Below, piece after piece: positions 12,900-25,704 of a DNA stretch of 64,000 nucleotides. The translations under genes and the position numbers were made by a program. Every line of letters starts with the position of its first letter. The stretch's first letter is position 1. Source of the stretch: Hypanus sabinus (Eukaryota); the NCBI RefSeq assembly GCF_030144855.1, contig NW_026780455.1, positions 434,001 through 498,000 on the forward strand, read 5' to 3'. Below the pieces are notes generated by a model. It was given only the letters and a program-made list of their open reading frames with translations, ran no database searches and was not told the DNA's origin.

Positions 12900-14254
12900 T
12901 CACTCGAGATGAAGAGACAACGAGTCAAACCTGTCTTGAAGGTGAATCGGGGAAAGATGGTTGCCAAATGCTGAGGGTGAACTTCCAGCCCCCCCACCAC
13001 ATTGTCTGCGATTGGCTCACGGGCCCTCCCTCCGCTGAAAGGCGATGATCGGAAACAGGGAACGGAACGATACTTCTCACAGCCCATGGAGAGATTGGGT
13101 ACCGGGTCTAAACTTCCGAGTCGCCTTCATCGATCCATTAAATCTAGAGAGTTAATTATCTGTCTCTTAACTTCCTGTTGTCTGCCTGTAAAACCTACCT
13201 ATTTTCTACCTTTATCCGTCTTTCTGTCCGTCTCCTTTGATGGCACCTTTCATTTAATTGCAGACAACGACACACCAGCCCCTCCTCCATTGAAAGACGT
13301 TGTTTGGAAACAGGGAGAAGCATTCCAAAGGACCTTATCGTGATGGATGTTTTATGCGTTGGACTTCACGTAAAAACGGAATAACCGCTGACGGACAATC
13401 TCATATCTAGAGAGTTATTCATCTGCATCTTACCTGCCTGTGGTTTGCGATCGATGTGCCTACATGTATCCATCTTTCGATCGGTCTCCTGAGATGATAT
13501 CTTGAATATAATTGCACAGACTGAACCTGGAACTTTGATGTTTCTGCTTCATGTGAGAGCTCAGTGCGAGATGGAGGCAAGTACAGTCAGCGTACGTGAG
13601 ACATGAATCCGGTGGTCCACAACACGCGGTCATGTGTGATGCGGTGACTGGGTGGCTGAACGGCATCTTCCCAATCAGAAGTCAATGCCGACGCTTTTTT
13701 CTTTGAGCGCCCTCTGTTCTGGTACTACGGGGTCCTGTGTAATTTAACTCTATTTGCCTCAGTTTACTCGATGCATCCATGAAGCTTTACCAGCTGTGTA
13801 CCTGCCCGAATGTTGTAGGTTTACCCTCCTCGACTGCTTTTACCAGCAACTCATTCCGCGTATCTGACTTTATTTGAGCATAAACATAAACAGATGTATG
13901 TAATTATCTAATTTGGGTTTAATCCCTCCTACCCAGGGGAAATAATTATTATGCATCTTGTCTATGCTCCGGGAGGTTTTACATGCCACAATAAAGTCAA
14001 AGACCCTGTCAAAATAAATTTATTATCAAAGTACGTATATGGCTCCATAGGCAACCTTGACAGTTACTTAACTGCGGGCATTCAGAGAGACAGGTTAGGG
14101 TTAGGGTTGGTGGGGTTAGTAGTCGATTCTGTCGCAGCACCATCAAATTCGGCCGAATAATCCCGTAGTAGTCGTGACTTTCTCCTTTCCACAAGTTGCT
14201 GTGTTAGGGTTATTCCTGTCTACTGACTTTATACTCTGCTCCTCTCTTCCCCAG

Positions 14255-14550
14255 CCGCGAACTCACAAACTATCCGGCAGTCTCCACCGGCTTTTTCCGG
14301 ATCTCCGGGGAACCGGATGGCGCTGTCCTGCAACGTGGAGGGCAGCGGCGATTATTACGTGTACTGGTACCGCCAGTACCCGGGGCAGGGGCCGCAGTTC
14401 ATGTTCTACAGCAGCGGTGCTAACATTAGGAATCCAGACGGGGAAGTCGATGGATTTACCCTGCAGGCGCTTAAAGATAACGAGAACAAACTGGTGACCA
14501 ACAGCCTGCGGGTGAATCACTCGGCCGTGTATTTCTGCGCCTGGAGTCTA
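14255..14550 (+). pseudogene. TRBV: TCR Vbeta-like V exon, open frame but leaderless (leader and promoter deleted)
   Basis: Acceptor ttccccag|CC GCG AAC TCA; ANSQTIRQSP...LSCNVEGSGDYYVYWYRQ...YFCAWSL open. Upstream sequence jumps from the homolog of about 48534 to the homolog of about 47357 in the 47-kb paralog, skipping its leader. Confidence 0.8.
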
Positions 14551-14589
14551 CACAGTGACGCGCCGAGAGCGAAGAGCTCGACAAAAACC
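14551..14589 (+). promoter_or_regulatory. Perfect 23-RSS (CACAGTG-23-ACAAAAACC)
   Basis: Exact consensus heptamer and nonamer, 23-nt spacer. Confidence 0.97.
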
Positions 14590-15935
14590 CCAGACCGCAT
14601 GTAAATGACGTGGCAGAGAAAACACACTTGGCCCTGTGGTGGCGTTTTGTCTATCTTTTGTTTTGACAGAGGAAATGCGATGCAGACTGGAAGCAGAAGG
14701 GTTTTGTAAAAACGGTGAAAGAGCAGATGGGCAATCTTCTGGCAAGATGCCAGCTCCGACACCTGCATTGTGACGTCACGCACAGTCAGCACTCTCCCAG
14801 AAGCCCCGTACTGACAACGATTTACGTGAATATTATGTGGAAAAGAAACAGAGGGATTTCATTGTACAGACGCTCAGTTGCTTCTTCCCTGTGACCACGC
14901 TTCCGTTACCGGCTTTTTTTCAGAACGAATGTTCTTGCTTTATAAAGTCCTTTAATTATTGGAATTGTTATTTTTTTTTTACTTTTGCTTCCGATCGCAT
15001 TTATAGTTAAAATTACCCTCTGGATATCGCCGTCCATAGTTCCATGTTAAAATTATTTTCTCCCACAAAAACAGTCCAGTGCGTCTTGGTCAAACTTGTG
15101 AATTTGATTCACTCAGGTCTTCTTTGGTATCCATGTAGAGATACAGGAATGAATACACCCGTCCTGTCTGCCGAGGCGCGCCGACCAGAAACCAATTTAT
15201 TTTAATGCATCCCTAACCTCCGGACAATTTATAATGTCTAATTAACCTACTAACCGCTACTTTTGACTCTGATGGGAAAGCGGAACACCCGGAAGAAACA
15301 CCAGGTGAAAGATGTATAAGGTGTGCGCATGTAAGAGAGAAGGTTTAACATGGGATGGGTTAAAGTGTCGGCGCAACATCGGCGAAGGATCGGCTTTTGG
15401 GGTCCTGCACGGTTTGATCAACCATAACTGTTTGGCTGGCTGACAAATTGGAAATGTGACAGAATTTAAAAAAAAAACACACTGCGGGAAAGTCTGAAGG
15501 GGAACATCGCTTCGGGCGCTTAAAATCCAAATTTCAAAGTAAATTCATAACAAATGACGGATATTGCTCACTGTACTGCCGGGCAATTCTCAACGAAGCA
15601 AACAATAGAATTAATGAAAATCAATGTGCAATGTCTTGACAATCCATCACTCAATAGGAATGAGTTTCACAATCCTGGAAAGTGACTCCGGACGAGCGTG
15701 CCGTTGTGAAACCAACGTTTCTTGAAACTACTGCCCTACTGCAGTAGCGAGTTGCGAACATGGCCTCGACGGCGGAGGGATTGATAATGGATACTGCTTT
15801 CGCCTGGCAGCTTTTCAGGTTAATGCGTTTTGGCTGCACCTGCGGGGTGAGGGGAGAAAGTGGATAGCACGGCTGCGATAAGCCGAATCCCGTGGAGCAT
15901 TTTGTTTGAGGCGGCCGTAGACGTGTGTCGCCGTG

Positions 15936-16447
15936 CGAGACACGCTGCGCAGAAGCAGATAGCCGAATCCGTCTCCTCGCTGCCGTTGAGTTGCCGAGTG
16001 AAGCGGCTCTTTGCACTTCAAGTTTATTGACGAACCGTAGTTCAAACCAGGTGCCGAACTCGCTGCAGAACCACCCCAGACTCCTTCCGAATTGCCGGTA
16101 GCAGTACATATTGTAGCTGCTCATGCCGCCTCCCTCCAATGCACTCAAAAAAGAGATGGTCTCCCGGCCGAATAGTCGCCGCGGTAGGGAGCTGGACAAC
16201 TCTCGGTGCAGCTGCCAGTACTGGATTAGTATGCAAGAGAAAATAATTCACAGTCAGGAGGCTGATAACGGCATAATATTCCGCGTTTTATAAAAGAAAC
16301 GATATGGGATCCTCTTTGAGTCCGTGATGCTATCAGCTGATTCGACCCGCTCTAAGAAAATAATTCATCAAATTAAAACTCACAATGGTCCAGAAGAGTC
16401 AGGGATAAAGTGAGAAAGGCGAGGGTCACGTCAGCTGGGAAATGCTT
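15936..16447 (-). pseudogene. Second-family (TRDV2-like) V pseudogene. Leader 16447-16384, V exon 16220-15936
   Basis: Leader start ATG changed to AAG (KHFPADVTLAFLTLSLTLLDH T|gtgag). V exon LAAAPRVVQLPTAA... has a 2-nt deletion after the first Cys, W changed to C, and a second frameshift in FR3. RSS CACGGCG-23-ACAAAATGC at 15897-15935. Confidence 0.8.
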
Positions 16448-16869
16448 TGCCCTTCTGAAAAGCTGTTCGGGAGCGAAAGCGCCCTCTTCCCTTTCTCAAC
16501 TCGACTTGTCGGTGGGATGTACCACCGGAAATGACACCTGACCGTGCGTGACAATTGCCAATTGATCGTCTGCTTACGTCATCGAGGACTAATTGTCTAC
16601 TTTGGATACAAAAGGTAATTGCCAGGAGTCGTGTATCAGAGAGTGCGGAGAGAGACCTTCGGCCACATTCTGCTCTGCTGATCAGATTTCCTATCGAAGG
16701 TTGTCGCATTGCCCAGTGATTCGCGCATTTTTCTGATGAAAACTTTCCATTCCACAGACCGGTCTGGATGTCTTTAAGGCTCCTGTAACTAATATGCCGT
16801 GCCTAATTATTCCGGCACTCTTTGTCGAAACAGAATAATTTAAAGGCCCCTTTTAGCATCTCTGCACTT

Positions 16870-17420
16870 CTCACCTTAAAACCAGACCTACATCTTTTAG
16901 ATTCGTAGGTTTTGGTCTCCAAATTTGAGGAAGGGCATTCTTGCTATTGAGGGAGTGCTGCGTAGCTTCACAAGGTTAATTCGTGGGATGGTGGGACAGT
17001 CATACGTTGAAAGATTGGAGCGAAGGGGCTTGTATACACTGGAATTTAGAAGGATGAGAGGGGATCTGACTGAAACCTAACTGTTAGCAGGTAACATGTT
17101 CCCGATTTTGGGGGGAGGCCAGAACCAGAGGCCACAATTGAAGAATATAGGCCATTTCGAAGTTGAGGAAACCCTTTTTCACCCAGAGAGTGGTGGATCT
17201 GAGGAATGCTCTGCCTCAGAAGGCAGTGGAGGCCAATTCTCTGGATGCTCTCAAGAGAGAGTTAGATAGAGCTCTTAAATATAGCAGAGTCAAGCGTTAT
17301 GGGGAGAAGGCAGGAACGGGGTACTGATCGTAGTTGATCAGCCATAATCACAGTGAATGCCGGTGCTGGCTCGAAAAGCTGAATCGCCTAATTCTGCACC
17401 TATTGTCTATTGTCTATTGT
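16870..17420 (+). mobile_element. CR1-type LINE 3' fragment, same family as 8.8-9.3 kb
   Basis: Shares ctgcctcagaaggcagtggaggccaattctctggatgc and the tattgtc tandem tail. Confidence 0.8.
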
Positions 17421-19501
17421 CCTTGGTAAAATGCTGCAATTATCTCACTTTCTATGCCCCTCATGATTTTATAACGCTTCTTCAAGACATTCCTCATCCT
17501 CCTTCTCTCCAGGAACTACAGACCCCGGGTTTCCAATCGCTCGCTGTAACTAGAGATTTCCATATACGCCCTAAGCGCCTCTCCCCCACCATTTGCGGCC
17601 ACGTTCGTCTGCACCCGCCCAACTTAAAGGGAATGGACGAATGCCATATCGAACCGCTGTGAGCATTCAGTTTCAGGAATTGAGTTTGCGTTTAAGCGGT
17701 ACCACGCCATCAACTTATAACACAATAGCGAAGAAGACTAATATTAAATCCAATGCCTCTTACCATTTCGTCATGTCAGTCCATAGCATCGTCTGTTGCC
17801 GATATAAGGTCTTTCAGCCGTTTTGGGGGCAATCCCTATATTCCGCCTGTCTCGCAACTAGCCTGACTGTACGAGGAGAGGTTTCTTAAACATCCGGTAC
17901 TTCTTGGTTCTTTCATTACCCCTTTATAACTCTTTTCACACCTGTTCTTTTCTCGTTGCCTCCCCATCACCTCCCTCATCTGTTCATTTTCCTGCCGTTT
18001 ATATGATGTTCCATTCTTCTATCAGCTCACTTCTTCAGGCCATTAGTCTTTCCACTTTGCAGCTCCCAGCATCCTACTACACCGCTTCCCCCACCCACAT
18101 CCCTTCCACTCACGTGGTTGTACCATTCAAATTCGAGGTCGTTGTCACTTCCTTCCCCAACCTTCTGGTTCTGCCTTCCTCACACTTTCTCTCCAGTCCT
18201 GATGAAATATCGCACTGATCCTGCCTCAGATGCTGAATCCTGCAACATTTTGAGTGCGCTGCATATAGGTTTGTTGGAAAGAAAACTGGCCTTGTTTCGC
18301 TTTCTTGACTGAAAGGTAATATTTAATGTTTTTCACCGACCGGTTTCATGTTCATAGAGCACTGTCTGTTGTCAAAATGGGGATCATATGCTCCGTGGTT
18401 GCAGATTGCATTTGTTTAATTCTCGGTACAAGGACACCTTACAATAATAATACAAAGGTTAATAATCATCAGCATCATCATTCTCAGACAGGTAAACCTA
18501 GGGATGTTTTCAATGGAGCGTCATATTCTTTCAATGGTTAACTTTATCTTGATTTCTCTGTGTAATGATCTTATTTATGTTCAGTGGTGTGTACTTCATA
18601 TTACAATTACATGCGCTCGCGTGGTGCGTTGAAACCCATTTTTGATGATGAAGGTATGACCTCATCCCTTTTACCTGTATGTTGTATAGATTCTAAATGC
18701 CCCCGTCAGTACTAGGCTCGCTTTAACAAAAGCTAGCTAGAGTGCATCAGTTTTTTTTTTCAATTTTGCTTCGTGCGTTTTCGAGGTATTAAATTATTAA
18801 TATCGGATCATTGAATTAGTTTTGTTTTATGGTCACTGTTGAAATCTGATTGGCAAATGTTCGTCAGCCTTCCAACAAAAGTTTTCCTTTTATCACACAA
18901 AACGTACAGAACTCAGTACATGGAAAATCAGCAGAAATGTGCCGATTTGAAAGAGGAAACTGGAAGGCTTTGGAACGTGAGCAGACTATGCATTGTTCGG
19001 GTTCCCATCCCCTTGCAAATCTAGTTTAAACCCCCCCCCCCCTCAACAGCACTAACAAACCTCCCTGCAAGGATGTTCATCCCTCTGTAGTTCAGGTGTA
19101 ATCCGTCTCTCTGGTACAGGTCCCACCTTCCGTCTTCTCTCCGTAAACTTTGACGCCCTCACTGATTAAGATCCTATGATCCTATCCCATGCCACCGGGC
19201 TCAAGGGCAGATTCTACCTCGCACTAAAAGACTATGGCCATTGAGTGGTCCGCAGGTCCGATAAAACGAGCTGTTGACCTCGCACTCTAATCTAGCTAAT
19301 TAGATATTTGTCTTAATGTGCGGGTGGGAAGGTGAACATCTCAGTGTGGCTACTGAGTGTAAGTGCATGTGACTTTAAACTCCACTTTGTCTTTGTCTTT
19401 TGTCGGTGAAGCGAGCTGCCATTCTACCTTCCACCACCAGCCGCTCCCCGGCGTTGTCAGCAGGTTTCTGTTGGGAGTGCCCCTCTCTCTGAGCCACTGT
19501 G

Positions 19502-19913
19502 TATACTCCTCAGAGTGAGGGTCATTTCGTCCGGTCTCTTGGCGGTGAAACCGTCGACGGGCTCGTTGGAATTGACAGCGCCAGCAACAGCGGAGTAAAA
19601 CAGGTTCTCCAGCTCTTTCCCCGGGAGCTGTCTGTACCAGTACATGTAAGGGTTAGCGCTCGTGCCTTTCACCGTGCACGTCATCGTCACGTTCCCGCCG
19701 GGGGATCTCGAGAGCAGGAGAAAGATGGACGGATTGTAAAAGGAGGATAATTAATTTAGAATGAACTTAGAAGATGAACACAGACGGGCGAAAAGTGGAT
19801 GAGGATATAAAGAAGGAAAGGGTAAAGATGAGAACAAAAGTGGTCATCAAGTTTGTAGGCGCAGGAAATTGCTTACCGTGGGCCCAGATCATCAGTCCGA
19901 GGAACACAAACAT
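19502..19913 (-). pseudogene. TRBV: TCR Vbeta-like pseudogene lacking the F strand and second Cys. Leader 19913-19877
   Basis: Leader MFVFLGLMIWAH G|gtaag. V reads TMTCTVKGTSANPYMYWYRQ...NLFYSAVAG...GFTAKRPDEMTLTLRSI, then runs straight into the RSS. No acceptor AG and a 5' frameshift. RSS CACAGTG-23-ACAGAAACC at 19463-19501. Confidence 0.85.
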
Positions 19914-20329
19914 CCCTGTTCAGAAACGTTCCTTCAGATAATGAGCGAGTCTTGTGCTCAGCTGCCGTTTATCACATTTGTAAAGGCAGTGAGAGCCAGG
20001 AAGAGATGCCAGCCCATTTGAACAGAAAGATCCACCCTCCACCTACAATTCGACTCTTTATTGGCGGATGAATACAGTATAAACGACATGTCGATCGCTT
20101 TTCTTTTTTTGTTCTGTCGCAATCCAATACACTGAAAGTTTGACTAGCGTTAGTTAATAGAAATCTACATTGCAATATTTTAAGCGTTCAGCGCCAGCGA
20201 CCCGGGTTCAAATCCCGCCGCTGGCTGTAAAGGAGTTTATCGGCTCTCCTGGTGAACGCGTGGCTTCCCACCGGGTATCGAAAACACTTGTGTAAACAAA
20301 TAATAATAATAAAAAAGCATGATCCTTAC

Positions 20330-20900
20330 ATTGCTGCCCTGATTGTCCAAGAGGCAGTAGGCTCTGTTCTGCAGATCATGACGGTCTCCTCAACACGAAT
20401 CCGTTCTTGGCTGGCAAGCTGCAGGGGGTCGAGGGCTGATCTGGCCACGGTCGGAGGTGAGACAGGATCAGCCTCGCCAGTGTCTTCATGATATGACAGT
20501 TCACGGCCACTGGACGGTAGTCATTCGAGACTTTAAGTTGGCCGTTCTTGGCTACTGTGACCAAACATGATGTTTCCACGCTTTCAACCCTGGGGGTCAA
20601 GTTGGAAATGCGCTGGGGATCTCCACACAGCCGCTGAGCAGGTTCCCTCAGGACCTTGGAGTTCACAACTTGAGAACACAATGCTTTGCCCCGTCCGAGT
20701 CTCCCCAGAGACCTTATCACCTGCTCAGTAGTTTTGGTGAACTGGGGAATTGGTGGAAGGTGAGGATGGGGTTGACGAACGGGACGTTCGGAGTTGGGAT
20801 CTGGAGTTGTGGATGGCGGTGCAGGGCAGGGAGGGGGTCTGGCTTAGAAGAGAGCATTTGGCAATTCACTTGACTTGCATTTCGTTCATGCAGATCAAAG
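20330..20900 (-). mobile_element. Decayed non-LTR reverse transcriptase fragment (Rex1/Babar-like)
   Basis: TSCLVTVAKNGQLKVSNDYRPVAVNCHIMKTLARLIL (NDYRPVAL motif). Confidence 0.65.
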
Positions 20901-23510
20901 CATTGAGGTCGTAACATGAAACATGAAAATAAAGAACTGGATTGCAGGTCGAGAATAACGTGTGAGAACCTACGCAGTTTGAGCGGTGAGTACGCTGTCC
21001 TTGAGCAAGTGGTGCGGACTTTGAAACATTTGTGTTTTCTTCCCGACGGGAGGTGGAAGGAAATATTGGGCTGAAATGATACGAGAATTGGCCGGCTGCT
21101 TTCCCGAGGCTATGGGATGTATAGCTAGAGTCTGTGGAGGGCAGGCTGTACCTCCTGATGTGCTGAGCCGTGCTTTAACCGGCCATGATACATCCACGGA
21201 TATGTTTATACATGGGCTGATGTGTCTGCATGGCACGCAAACTAACGATTTTTATTATGTCTGAGCACGTAGTTAATTATCTTCTATACTGGTGGTACCC
21301 CGGTCTGGTAGGACTTTTCTACGGGGCGAAAACGTAAGATGTTGCGGGAGCAGTTGACCCAACGCACCACCGGCGCAACTCCCCTCCATCTCCCTGAGGC
21401 AAAACAGCGACCATTTCGGACTTGGTGCCGGGAGCTAGAATAGGGATTCCTGCACTTAAGTTCGTTCATTTCGCCGATAACGGAACAGAGACTGCTATCT
21501 CAGCAGGACGTGCCTCTGCTGGAGGTGTCAATTAGCATCCGGTCTCTCTCTCAGAATTGGTGGAACCCATTCAAAGCTGGTCCGTGGATCGAGACCGTCG
21601 CTGTGGAGGAAACACTCACCAAACCCAAGTTTATTCAAATACTATTAATTTCTTAAGCGAATTCTGTCGTTGCAAGTTTCCACTACACACTCTGTTGTCC
21701 TGTCTGACAGCGGAGACTGGAATCTGACAAGAGGGTGGGGATCTCCGTGGATCACAGAAGGTCGAAGGCAGAACACCACAGCACATGAACTGGCCCTTCG
21801 AATCGAGGTTAAAGTCACAGAAAGGTAGGGCACAGAAACAAACTCTTCGGCCTATATAGCTGTGCCGAACTATTTAAACTGCCCAATATCGTTGACCAAT
21901 CCCCGGATCAGATGCCCTCCATAGCTCTGCCACACATGAACCAAAAGCAACTTCTCCGAAACGCTGATATCGGAATCTCATGCACCATTTGTGCGCTGGT
22001 ACTTCCTCAGCCCCTGACTGAAGACGCTTCCTCTCATGCTCCGCTTAAGCATTTCGACTCTCACCCTCAGCGCATTTCCTCACGTTGCCCCATCCAGCCT
22101 CTGTGTAAAGGCCTGCTTGCATTTACTCTAGCTATATCCCTCATACACGGGCAGGTGGCGCTCGAGAGTCTTGGACCGGAGCCCGCCGAGGAGAAGGAAC
22201 ACTCTGATTTTACACCTCCGCTGCCTTCCGGCCATGCGCACCCGTGGGAAAGGCTTCGGGGGTAAGCTCCGAGGAAGAAATCCGGAGCCGGCGTCCCTAA
22301 GGAAGTTTGATGTTGTTTGCAGCTTGACTCTGGCAACCTGTATGACGACAACTGCTGTCAAGCTGTAGCGGCGCTTGCCCTTCCCTGTTACTACATCAGA
22401 GACGTGACGAAGCCGCTGCATGGACAACTGCCGGTTCTTCAAATCCTCCCGCCCAGGTTTGCGCCCTGGAGTGGATGCAGTTCGCCAGAGAAGCGAACCA
22501 GTGATCCCCTGGGATCTGCGGCTACGACTATTATTACTACTTCTCCTCATCCTCATAATTGTGTATCCCTCTATCAAATCCCCCCTCAGCTTTCTGCATT
22601 CCAAGCAATAAACTCCAAACCTATTCAATCTTTCCTTATAACTGGGGCCCTGGAGTCCCGGGGACGTTCTTGTATATTTTACTTTCAAACGCGCATAGGT
22701 CGTTCCGCAGGTATATAAAGGAGTCGGTACAGAAAACTGTAAATTTACAAAACTGTAAATTAGGGCTCTCCAACGTCTTTCTCAATTTCAGGATATCTGG
22801 TAACCAATCGTCACCACTGCTTGTTTTGTCGTCCAGCCTCTTGTTTAGTTGTCTGTTCCCGTTTCAGTCACACCTCGTGATTCAAGCCTCGGATCCTCCA
22901 GCACTTGGGTCCAGACAGTCTCTCGCCAGTGAGGGAATGGCCACGAATCCGGGTCAGCCATTTTACTTTCTCAGAACCCTGGCAAACGTGCGGAGGCGTC
23001 CCCCGTTGAATTTGCTTCTGGTTTGCAATTAGCACGCACATCAGGTCCCCACACCGTCTGCACCACGCCATCCTCTCGCAGTCCCCATCGGACAGGAGGT
23101 AGAGAAGGTGAATGTCCTCACAGGATTAGGGTCAGGAACAATGACTTCCCATCAACCATTCGGCAAACAGAGCGGCACGAATCGAACAATTTGTCAAGCA
23201 ATTGACTCCGATTTTTTTCGTTTTTTTCAAATGTGTTGTGAACTGCATGGATTGTGTATAATTACAGTTTAATTGACTTTTCTTTCTGGTGAGTCTTGTG
23301 TCTCTGATGCAGCTGGAAGTTCCTTTTTCACTGCAGAGACGATTTTGGGCGGATGACAAGAAACTCAGCCACGGGATGTTGCTTATCGAAATTAAGTTTC
23401 ACTTCTCCATGTTGCGAATAATCTTACAGCCCTCCAGCTGGCTTCCGCTCCCCTGACTCTCGATTCTGAAGGGTTTTTGTAGCGCTCCTGTATCTGTCGG
23501 CGCCGCAGTG

Positions 23511-23806
23511 AGTACTCCAGGCGCAGAGAAGCAAGGCCGAGTGACTGAATTGCAGCTCGGAGAGGTTCAGGAGGAACAGCGTTTCTTCGGCTCGCACGGC
23601 GGTGAATCCATTGACAGCCTCCGGCGGAGTAACCACCCCCGGGCCCACGGAATAAAACAGGTTCCGAAGCTGCTCTCCCGCCCGCTGCCGGTACCAGAAC
23701 ATACTAAAGGTACCGCTGCCCGTCAGAGTGCATCTCAGTGTCACGGTGTCTCCTGGAGAGCCGCTGTAGGCCACTGGAGTCTGCCGGATGATCTGCGAGT
23801 TCGCCG
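23511..23806 (-). pseudogene. TRBV: TCR Vbeta-like V exon, open frame, YxC changed to LLC, leader apparently defective
   Basis: Acceptor ttccccag|CG GCG AAC TCG; ANSQIIRQTP...LRCTLTGSG...MFWYRQ...NLFYSVGPG...HSALLLCAWST. RSS CACTGCG-23-ACAAAAACC at 23472-23510. Candidate leader ending at 24099 (CAC G|gtgcg) has an in-frame TGA and no ATG. Confidence 0.75.
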
Positions 23807-25199
23807 CTGGGGAAGGATGTTGGGGAAAAGAAGCATCAGTGAACAGGCAGTGTCGGACGGTGGGGTGTGGAGAGACAGTTTCGGCGCGGTGGGGAAAAGG
23901 GATCCACAGGGTTCGGAAAGGTGGGTAGTAAATTTGGCAAAGAGACATAAAGAGACAAGACATCGTAGAATTGGAAAGAACTGTGTGCAGTGTTCCAGTC
24001 TGCGTATGCTCCCCCACCCCGGCCAGGCCCAGACCCAAAGGTCAGGAGCACGGTGCAGAGTTCCCGTCTCCGTATCTCTCCCTGTGCCAGATTCGCACCG
24101 TGCACTCAAGATGGAACAGTGCAGAGCAAGGAAAAGCCTGATGCCAGTCTACCTAATCGAGTCTGCCGACACGTGTTCCATGGCCCTTTCTTGTCTCTCT
24201 ATTCACGGGTCTATCTAAATAATACTTCAAAGTCACCATCAAACACCCACTGTGATTACAAAAGTGGACATGGAAATCTCCTTTTAACATTCCCTCTCTC
24301 CCTTTAAACTCCGGCCGTCTGACATCTCCGCACTCACTGTGGTTGTCCGCCCTGATAGGTTTACACATCTCAATCACTATCCTTCCACCGCCGAATCCAC
24401 TGCTTGTCTAACATCTAATTAAAGCTGACACTGACCAGTTTCGTGACAGCATATTGGGAATCCGTTCACATAACAAAAAAATAAATGAAATAAATTAAAA
24501 CAAAAAAGCAACAACAACACACAGGAGTCTTCTGACGAATCCGGTGGGAAGAATTGACACATTATATCAAATGTTGCCGCGACATAAATAAAAAAAAATG
24601 AACCCTTGCACCTGACTTTCAGATATGTATCTTTACAACTTTAACTGCTAAAGATCCTACTCGCGTCCATGGCCACTTTCGAATCTCAGTATGGGCGGAC
24701 GCTAAATTTCTTTTGTCCTACGTGTCTCACCATGGACAATGACCCTTGATACATGCATCTGAACTCCTTACAGGAAGCGAACAAACGAGAAGCAAATTAA
24801 ATCTTTGCAAACAATCTTACGGTGAACGAAAAGCAACGTCGCGATTAGCAGTATCAATCGCTCAGTCGACATTTGTTGTTTCACCTTCAAGTAAAATGGC
24901 AGACTATATGCCACCAATCCCTTTATTGCGACTCTTGTCAAGTGATTGGCTGTTTCGCTCCTCTGTCTCTGATTGGAGAAGTGTGCGCAGAATCCGATCG
25001 ATGGAGGCCGGATGTCCCAGTGCCGCAATGGAAACAGGGAGCACTCCGTATCCACACGCAGATCATCTCAGCGGTAATACCAACGGCAATTTTTAGACTT
25101 TATGCAAATTGCACATCTTACTGAATTGCAATAAACTCACTAGATATCAATCAAAAATTTTAAACCGGAGATTTTCTCTTTGAAATTAAAAATAGAACA

Positions 25200-25500
25200 G
25201 CAGAGTAGCTGTTAGCACGACGCCATTACAGCTCGGTCGTTCCTGAGTTCAAGGTGAATTTCAGACGGCATCTGTGCGAAGTTTGTACTTTCTCCACGTG
25301 AACCACGTGGTTTTCCTCCCACCTTCCAAAGACGGACCGCTTGGTAGGTTGATTGGTCATTCTATTATCCTGTGATAAAGGTAGGGTTAAAATTGACTGG
25401 CCACGCGGCTCATTCTGTCGGAAAGGCCTGTTGCGCGGTGTAATTCTAGATAAATAAGTAATATTTAAGAACTAGGGGATGGTGCAACGTTAAGAATTTT
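25200..25500 (+). mobile_element. tRNA-derived SINE (HE1/V-SINE-like); similar copies at about 11420-11560 (-), 15200-15310 (-), 20185-20290 and 27120-27330
   Basis: Pol III box-like head and central ggtttcctcc...cttcc/cccac...aaagac domain, compared from memory. Confidence 0.55.
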
Positions 25501-25610
25501 CAGACTCTTATTTAGAGTCAAGATCGAAGTTCAGTTTTGCCTCGCTACCAGGGCCATGCCTTCGTCTCCTTACTAACTTCGGGCAGCAGGTAGAGGAGAC
25601 CGAAGACCCG

Positions 25611-25612
<2 letters not shown>

Positions 25613-25702
<90 letters not shown>
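25613..25702. repeat. (CT)n microsatellite, about 45 units
   Basis: Direct inspection. Confidence 0.95.

Positions 25703-25704
<2 letters not shown>

Noticed and set aside
14090-14115. (TTAGGG)2-3 telomere-like run, also at about 48640-48655
   Set aside because: Too short and imperfect; inherited within the duplicated block.
14551-15935. Facing RSSs as a self-recombining or transposon-like unit (also 34352-38422)
   Set aside because: Both signals have 23-bp spacers, which violates the 12/23 rule; each is explained by its own V segment.
22240-22275. TTC GGG GGT AAG with a gtaag donor-like site, superficially a J segment
   Set aside because: Reads FGGKL rather than FGxGTxL, and has no upstream RSS.
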